Assembly (NCBI GenBank): GCA_964016885.1
Contig: OZ024740.1
Location: 299,026,001 to 299,090,000 of the forward strand
Reading direction: 5' to 3'
DNA: 64,000 nt
Source: Eledone cirrhosa
Lineage: Eukaryota
The notes beneath the pieces were generated by a model. That model ran no database searches, had not been told where the DNA came from, and worked only from the letters and a program-made list of their open reading frames with translations. Below are positions 57,233 through 64,000 of the stretch, in pieces. The stretch's first letter is position 1. The number at the start of each line of letters is the position of its first letter. The translations under genes and the position numbers were made by a program.

Positions 57233-58709
57233 TATTACTTCACCTATTTTGGCTCCCCTTCCACCTCCTTTAAAGCTCGTCTTTATAATCATCATTCGTC
57301 TTTTAAATATAAACTTAAAAGAACCAACACGGCTCTCTCAGAACTCATATGGTCCTTGAAAGACAAAAATATTAAATATAACATCTCTTGGAAAAAGGTT
57401 TCCTCTGCTTCTTCATACTTGAACAGTTCTCTATCCAAGACTTGCAATCTCTGTCTGAATGAAAAATTTACCATTATATCTAATTTAGATTCTATAATAA
57501 ATAGACGCACTGACTTGTTTTCTATCTGCTTGCATAAATTCCACAGAACTTTCCATAAAGTATACAGCTAATATCCTAAACTTTATCAATTCAGAATCCT
57601 TTTCTCAAAGGCACATATATATATATACTTCTTTAAAAATATACCCATCTTTCTACCTTATTTCAAAGTTATTTATCATATTCTATATCATTTCCTATTC
57701 ATCACTTCCCTTTCTTCCTTTTCCTTTTCTTTTCTTTTTCTTTTAATTTCTAACCCCTAATCTGTACCTTTTCTCACTGTGCCTAACATAGAAACAATTA
57801 TTACGCAATACACTATATTCTTACTTTATATCACCTTGAAAAAATCCTTCGTAAACATAAACATTTTTTTTGACGTTAGATTATTCATCCTCTATTCATT
57901 ATTTTTTTCTCACTTTCATCTAACTTATTCATGCTCATCTCACAATATAACCTTACTTACATTACTCCTGTTTTTTTAATAATACATATCAACATTTTCT
58001 TTCCATCGCATATATTATTAAACCCTTAAAATTATTCTTAATACATATTAACATTTTCTTTCCATCGCACATATTATTAAACCCTTAAATATTATTCTTA
58101 ATACATATTAACAATTTCTTTTCATCGCACATATTATTAAACCTTTCAATATACAAACCTTAACTTTACATTATTTTTCTCTTTGTTAATTTTCAAATTC
58201 TTTTAATTTATACATTATCTTCCAACGGTTTTTCAACCTCTCTATGTAAAACAATATATTTTTCTCAGTTATAAAAGCTATCTCTCTCTCTATCAGCCAT
58301 CTCTCCTCCTATCTCACCCTTCCTCCTTATACTCCCCCCCTCCACTTTTTACTCTCATCTCCTCTTTTTCATCCTTTCCAACCTCCTCCCCCCCCTCAAA
58401 ATTTTTTTTTTCCCCAATATCACACATCAATCTAAAACTACTTTTCATATGTTGATTTAAAACTGCACTATCCACAAGTGTTTTTAACCTTCATATCATG
58501 TCCTATTTTATCTGATGAAAACACAAATGTTATTGCATGATGATATTTGTTTTTGAAAATGCGCATAATAAAATACATGGAACTCATTTAACCATCTTTT
58601 GATCTTATATATTATATATATGTATACTCCAGTCCTACAAACTGTAGAGTGCTTCTTATCCGATATCTGCATTGCTTTATTGTACTACAATAAAACTCAC
58701 CTCCTACAT

Positions 58710-58710
<1 letters not shown>
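57233..58710 (+). mobile_element. 5'-truncated Penelope-like element (GIY-YIG C-terminus with CxxC...CxH, probably Naiad-like), 3' UTR, hammerhead, tail
   Basis: In frame from 57233: YFGSPSTSFKARLYNHHSSF...TALSELIW.LK.....ISWK...CNLCLNEK..I.....NRRTDLFSICLH; 3 x 60-bp tandem at 57980-58150. Confidence 0.85.
58504..58575 (+). ncRNA. Type I hammerhead motif (one extra A in the GAAA box)
   Basis: tattttat-CTGATGA-aaacacaaat...atttgttttt-GAAAATGCGCATA-ataaaata. Confidence 0.75.
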
Positions 58711-58743
<33 letters not shown>

Positions 58744-58744
58744 A

Positions 58745-60345
58745 TAGTTTCTACTTTTGGCACAAGGCCAGCAATTACCCAGTACATTACTGGTACTTTA
58801 TTTTATCGACCACCGTAAGGGTGAAAGGCAAAAAGTTAACTTCGGCGGGATTTGAACTCAGAATGGCAAGGGCCGTAACTCTATACGTCAAATCATGGCG
58901 CCCGACCCTCTACCGATACTGCCAATCCACTGCCCTTTATTTATATATATATATATTTATATATATATATTTATATATAATTGTTTCTACTTTAGGCACA
59001 AGGCCAGCAAATACCCAGTGCATTACTGGTACTTTATTTTATCGACCCCGTAAGGATGAAAGGCAAAGTCAACCTCAGCGGGATTTGAACTCAGATCGTA
59101 AAGGGACGTAACTATGCTGGAAAGCATGGCGTCCGACCCTCTACCGATACTGCCAAATATAATGAATATTAATAATGGTTTCTTTTATAGGCACAAGGCC
59201 AGCAATTTGGTGGTGGTGGTGGTGGGGGGGGGGGGGAGACGATTAAATCGACCTCAGTGCATTACTGGTACTTTATTTTACCGACCCTGCAAGGATGAAA
59301 GGCAAAGTTAACCTCGCCGGGATTTGAACTCATGCTGCAAAGCATGGTGTCCGGCCACTGTATAACAAAAAATGTACAACACCACATACTACACAAAAAC
59401 GGACTCTTATATGCATGAAGTGCTCAAGTTAGTGAACCAATAGTAACGTAAACTTTCAAGCCATTAAACTCTCTCTCGCTCACTCTCTATTATATATATA
59501 ATAGAGTGTGAGAGAAAGAGTTATATATCGTTCGAGAAACATAGTATTTTGTACACACATATATAGTCCAAATAATATTCAGGAAAATATATATACATTA
59601 AGATGGTAAAAAATGTCAAAATGTCATATACATGGTTACTTAAAAATATACTTACATATGCAGTGGATAAAGATAATTATATTTGTCATCATGTTTATGT
59701 GTATGTAGCTATGAGTGTTTCAATATATATGCCACATTTACATAAGGTCACGCATATATTCGAAAAAAGTGACTGGAAGTAATAGATGGCATGCGGAGAG
59801 GAAATGGCAAGTGATGGAGAATGGTCAGAACATGGTTTGAGGGAAAATATGTACCAAGATGGATAACAGTTTATAAAGTCATTGTTCTGTTTGTTTAGTT
59901 TCAGACGATGTTGTAAAAGGCAGTGCTAACTTCACGGAATGCTGCTTGCGCATTTGAAAATTATTATTACAGACACCATGCTTTATAGCATAGAGTTATG
60001 GCCCTTTACGCTCTGAGTTCAAATACCACCGAGGGTAACCTTGCATTTCATCCTTACGTGGCCGATAAAATAAAGCACCAGTAATGGACTGGTGTAATTG
60101 CTGACATTGTGCCAAAAGTAGAAACAATTATTACTATAGTCGCTCAATAAATGAAGCCATTATAAAAATAAATATTATTTTGTTTAAATTGGTAGAGCAT
60201 CGGATAATATGCTTTGCGGCATATAGTTATAGCCTTTTACATTCTGTGTTCAAATGCCGCTTAGGTTAACTTTGCCTAAGGGATCGATAAAATAACGTAC
60301 CAAACACGCACTGGGGTCGATTAAATCGAATTTCCCCTCCCCATC
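58745..60345. mobile_element. SINE cluster: three minus-strand copies (58745-59360) and two plus-strand copies (59975-60345)
   Basis: Same tRNA-derived family as 3795 and 18895. Confidence 0.8.
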
Positions 60346-60756
60346 CACCAACAAACTTTGCGCGGATGGCTCGGAATGTCGTAGCTAAAGAGATGCAAAC
60401 ATACGCTGAGGCTATGACATCTACAAATATTTCTGAATGGTGAATGGGTTCGGTTGTCCTGTGTCAAGTATGTCTTCCTACAACTCGCTTCCTTGACTAA
60501 ACTGCGAAGACAGAGACTAGGCGCCTGGCATCTGGAAAGTTGGTTGGCTAGTTTTAATTAGCAACAGATCTAGCACAGTTATTCCAAATAAAGGTGTATG
60601 TGCAAATAAGCATTCACGAGGAAATGTTTGTTACACCGTCTTCTAAGAAGACATTGTTTTTTTTTATACCTCGACATATAGGTGTAAGTAATCAGGTCAG
60701 GCTTGTAAAAATGTAAATAAGCATCGCTACTCACTGCTATCGAAGCGGAGAAGGCT

Positions 60757-60950
60757 GTCCGCAGGTGTGAACCACGCGAAGTGGTGTGGCTGTTCCAGCG
60801 AGTCTCCCCCTACGTCCTCCGGTGCAATGTATTCTCCATCCTTTCGGCCGGGACCCTCAGTGAATTGTAAGTTCGTTGGTGGTCACTTTCTCTCTATTTC
60901 ATTAAAATATTCGTTCGGGCATCACTTTCTCTCTATTTCATTAAAAATCT
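60757..60950 (+). mobile_element. Short CRE-clade 3' fragment
   Basis: SRRCEPREVVWLFQRVS..VLRCNVFSILSAG, homologous to 50945-51040. Confidence 0.7.
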
Positions 60951-61302
60951 ATTTATTTATTCACACTGAAAGCATTCTAAAAAAAGGCTCGTTTACAATA
61001 TGCTATAAGAAGATATTATCATCCAGGCATATGTACGCGTTCGTTGAAGGTCTGTTCGCCGTTATTTCCCTGGTTGCTGAAGAATGTGTGACTTGTTTTC
61101 AGATTAAATATTCACAAGAGTACTAAATGTATGCGCCTTATAAGTAACACTATTGTATATGGGTTCGTATACAATATTTCGAATAATTTTGTGTTAGTCC
61201 GATTGTTCATTAAAATATGTATAGCTGGGATTCACAGTTTAAGATCACACGCTCTACCCTTTAAACATTGGACAAACACATTGGATAATCTATCTATCTA
61301 TC

Positions 61303-61432
61303 TTCCCCCCTATTGGGGATTTCGATTGTTGAAATTGTTTGTTTTTATATTTTTTACACGACTGTATGTAAAATCCCCGGCATGTCTTTGTATTGTCCCC
61401 TTTCTTGTTGCGCCCTTGTGGCTAATAAAGAA

Positions 61433-61433
<1 letters not shown>
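61303..61433 (+). mobile_element. Probable 3' UTR fragment of a non-LTR element inserted in (ATCT)n
   Basis: Flanked on both sides by ATCT repeats; ends gcccttgtggctAATAAAgaa. Confidence 0.55.
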
Positions 61434-61513
<80 letters not shown>

Positions 61514-61761
61514 ACTATCTATCTATCTATCTCTCTCTCTATCAGACGTGTGTAACTTCGCGGAGAAGTTTCCGTTAATTTATGTAAGAAAAAAACGTGA
61601 GTTTTCAGTTAAATTTTATATTATTGTGTAACTTGACCACCCGTCTGGACCTTCAGGTGGTGGGTCAACACATTTTCGCCCCTACAGGGGCGAAATATTC
61701 CTTTTAAAAATTTTTTCTCCATCGAATTTTGGAAAAAATATTGTAAAAGTTTGATTACGTT

Positions 61762-63737
61762 ATGAACGCTGCGTCCAACGATAATGGTGGTGGAGAGGCG
61801 GTAAGACTACAAAGCTCGCAGTCAACATCGTCTTCTTCCCTAGATACTATAGATATGGAAAGACGAAATGAAAATGTAAAAACGAATTCATATCCAAACA
61901 ACACAAATGATACCATGCAGTTCAATGACAACAAAAATAACAGCAACACCAATAATGATGATAAAAGCAACAATGATAACAACAACAAAGAAAAAAATAA
62001 AGACAACACCAATAACACCAGCATCAAGGACAACAACAACACCAACACCAACACCAGGGAAAATACGAATAATATCAACATCGGTGACAACAAGAATAAC
62101 AACAGCAATAACAACAATAATGACAACACCACCAACACGGATAATTCCACAAAGAAACCAAAAATCTCCTTTGCACAGACAGTTCAGAAAAGGGAGGAAC
62201 TGACATATCTCGACATAACAAATGCTGAACAACTTTTAAAGGACGCTAGGAGATATGTTACTTTCGAAAAAAATGGTGCTTTCAGCATCAATTCTCCGGT
62301 AGAAATTTGCAAGGAAACTGCTCTCAAAACGATAGTTTTTAGGACAGTTTCCAATTCTACCCGAAAACCACTCCAATTGTCACAGAAAGAAATTGAACTG
62401 GTTTTCAAAAATTCAATGAATGATATTGCATTCATTCAAAGAAGCAAACTTTTTGGGAGTATTTCGGTACTCATGAAGGATCAATTGACGGCCCAAAATT
62501 ACTCTGTGTCGCCAATTGTATCCAACCTGTACACCTTTTTCCCTACATACATGGGAAAAAGGACACAAAAGATAAGAATCACGAGTGTCACACCAAAGGT
62601 GAACATATGGTGGATACTGTGCGGCTTCATCAATTTTGATGAAGACAGAATACTGTCAGTAGGAAAGTCCCCCAGAGATGTATTCAATGGGACTAGCATT
62701 GAAGTTCTGGTGCAAATGAGCCCAGAGCGAATAGCTATGATCCCACAACGTGTACTCCTGGACGGACTCACCTACATAAACTTTTCGGTTGAGGGTAGGC
62801 GGCCTTCATGCTACCATTGCTTTAGCAGGGGTCACCTGAGGGCTTCCTGTCCTAAATTAATAAATAAAAAAAGGCTATTCTGCCGACACCCATCAAAACA
62901 ACACAACCACCAACACCACCACAACAACAACAACACCAACACACAAAAATAACCACAACAAACACAGTCCCACCCAACCCCACTCCACCTAAAACCACTG
63001 CAAAATCACATACAGACATAACAGCTCCCCAAGACATACCCCTCCCCAATCACACAGACGATACAACAGATGAGGCTATCTCGCCATCACCCAGTGAAGA
63101 CGAGGGAGAACCCCATCGCTCGAAAAGGAAGAAAAGACATCACAAAAGCAAAAAACCAGCAAACACTACCACAAACATACAACCACCAACACAAACAACA
63201 AAAACATCACAAACAAAACCCCCACCTCCTGAAAACAAAATACCTACAACAAAACGAAAGCACACACAAGAACTACAGACAAAAACAAACACAACACAAG
63301 AAAATTACACTTACACTTACATAAACACTGAAAACAAAACACTAATGGAGACCATCACGAACGACCCTTCGGTGAAAACCGAAGAGAAAACTTTCGCCCA
63401 CTCTATTAAAAATAACAAAAAACTGAACCTAAAACTGATTAGGGTCCCTATACATACTTATAGGTCCCTAAAAGAAACATTTGTGAAGGATGTGGGGAAT
63501 TCCTGCGTGAAACCACTTAACGGCGTCCTTCTCAAATGTCTCCCCACCCCAGACACTCCCATCCCACCAGACCCCATCCCACCAAACATCTCCGTCCCCA
63601 CCCCGCCGGAAACCACCGCCCATCCAGACAACTCCTCCAACACCCCCATGGAAATCGTGCAGCCTATCCCCAGGAGACGAAGGATGAGTGATCTCTTTTC
63701 CTCTTTTAACTTTTCAGCACCAACATGGCCAATATAA
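61762..63737 (+). CDS. Tx1-type ORF1 (gag-like zinc-knuckle protein), split by a 1-bp frameshift at the A7 run 62866-62872
   Basis: ISFAQTV, VEGRRPSCYHCFSRGHLRASC; the -1 frame appears open from the A run to the stop at 63737. Confidence 0.75.
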
Positions 63738-64000
63738 GAGTTGGATGTGTGAACGTACGCGGCCTGGGGATGCCCTGGAAACAGGGCAAACACTTAAACG
63801 ACCTCAGGTCGCACAGTATGGATGTGGTAGCCATTTGCGAGTCCAGGATCCACAGCGAGCGACAGCTGGCCCCCATCTTCGATGACTTTGAGATCTACGC
63901 ATCTCTCTGTCAACCGGGGGGTGGGGGCGGAGTTGCCGTTTTGCTGCGGAAACACCTGGGCCTCGTAACACAGACGGTACATCTGGACCCGGAGGGTCGA
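63725..64000 (+). CDS. Tx1-type ORF2 N-terminus (APE endonuclease), partial
   Basis: MANIRVGCVNVRGL...DVVAICESRI...GGGVAVLLRK...LDPEGR; ATG lies 10 nt upstream of the ORF1 stop; absent from the ORF track because it has no stop in the window. Confidence 0.9.
   Translation, partial: MANIRVGCVNVRGLGMPWKQGKHLNDLRSHSMDVVAICESRIHSERQLAPIFDDFEIYASLCQPGGGGGVAVLLRKHLGLVTQTVHLDPEGR

Larger units (their letters stand above)
61542..64000 (+). mobile_element. Tx1/L1-clade non-LTR retrotransposon, 5' part (runs off the window)
   Basis: 5' UTR follows (ATCT)n; ORF1 with CCHC knuckle; overlapping ORF2 with APE endonuclease. Confidence 0.9.

Noticed and set aside
62866-62873. Programmed -1 frameshift at A AAA AAG
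   Set aside because: The heptamer is not in the required phase of ORF1; a homopolymer indel is simpler

Overview
AT-rich, microsatellite-dense eukaryotic genomic DNA with no host gene that I can support. Almost all listed ORFs are translations of simple repeats. The repeat landscape resembles an Octopus (cephalopod) genome, which is my inference. The window is a mosaic of retroelements: Penelope-like elements (a degenerate RT plus GIY-YIG copy and two 5'-truncated GIY-YIG copies), R4/Dong-like and CRE-like RLE elements, RTE LINE remnants, five copies of a bipartite non-autonomous RTE, the 5' part of a young Tx1/L1 element, a Gypsy remnant and tRNA-derived SINEs. DNA transposons include hAT, piggyBac and Tigger-like MITEs and a DD37D mariner remnant. 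The most striking feature is about a dozen type I hammerhead ribozyme motifs from several unrelated families. They lie in Penelope-type pseudo-LTRs inside (TA)n, many as palindromic insertions, and some have unusually long stem II. Three of these families share a small covarying bulged hairpin just past the pseudo-LTR end.
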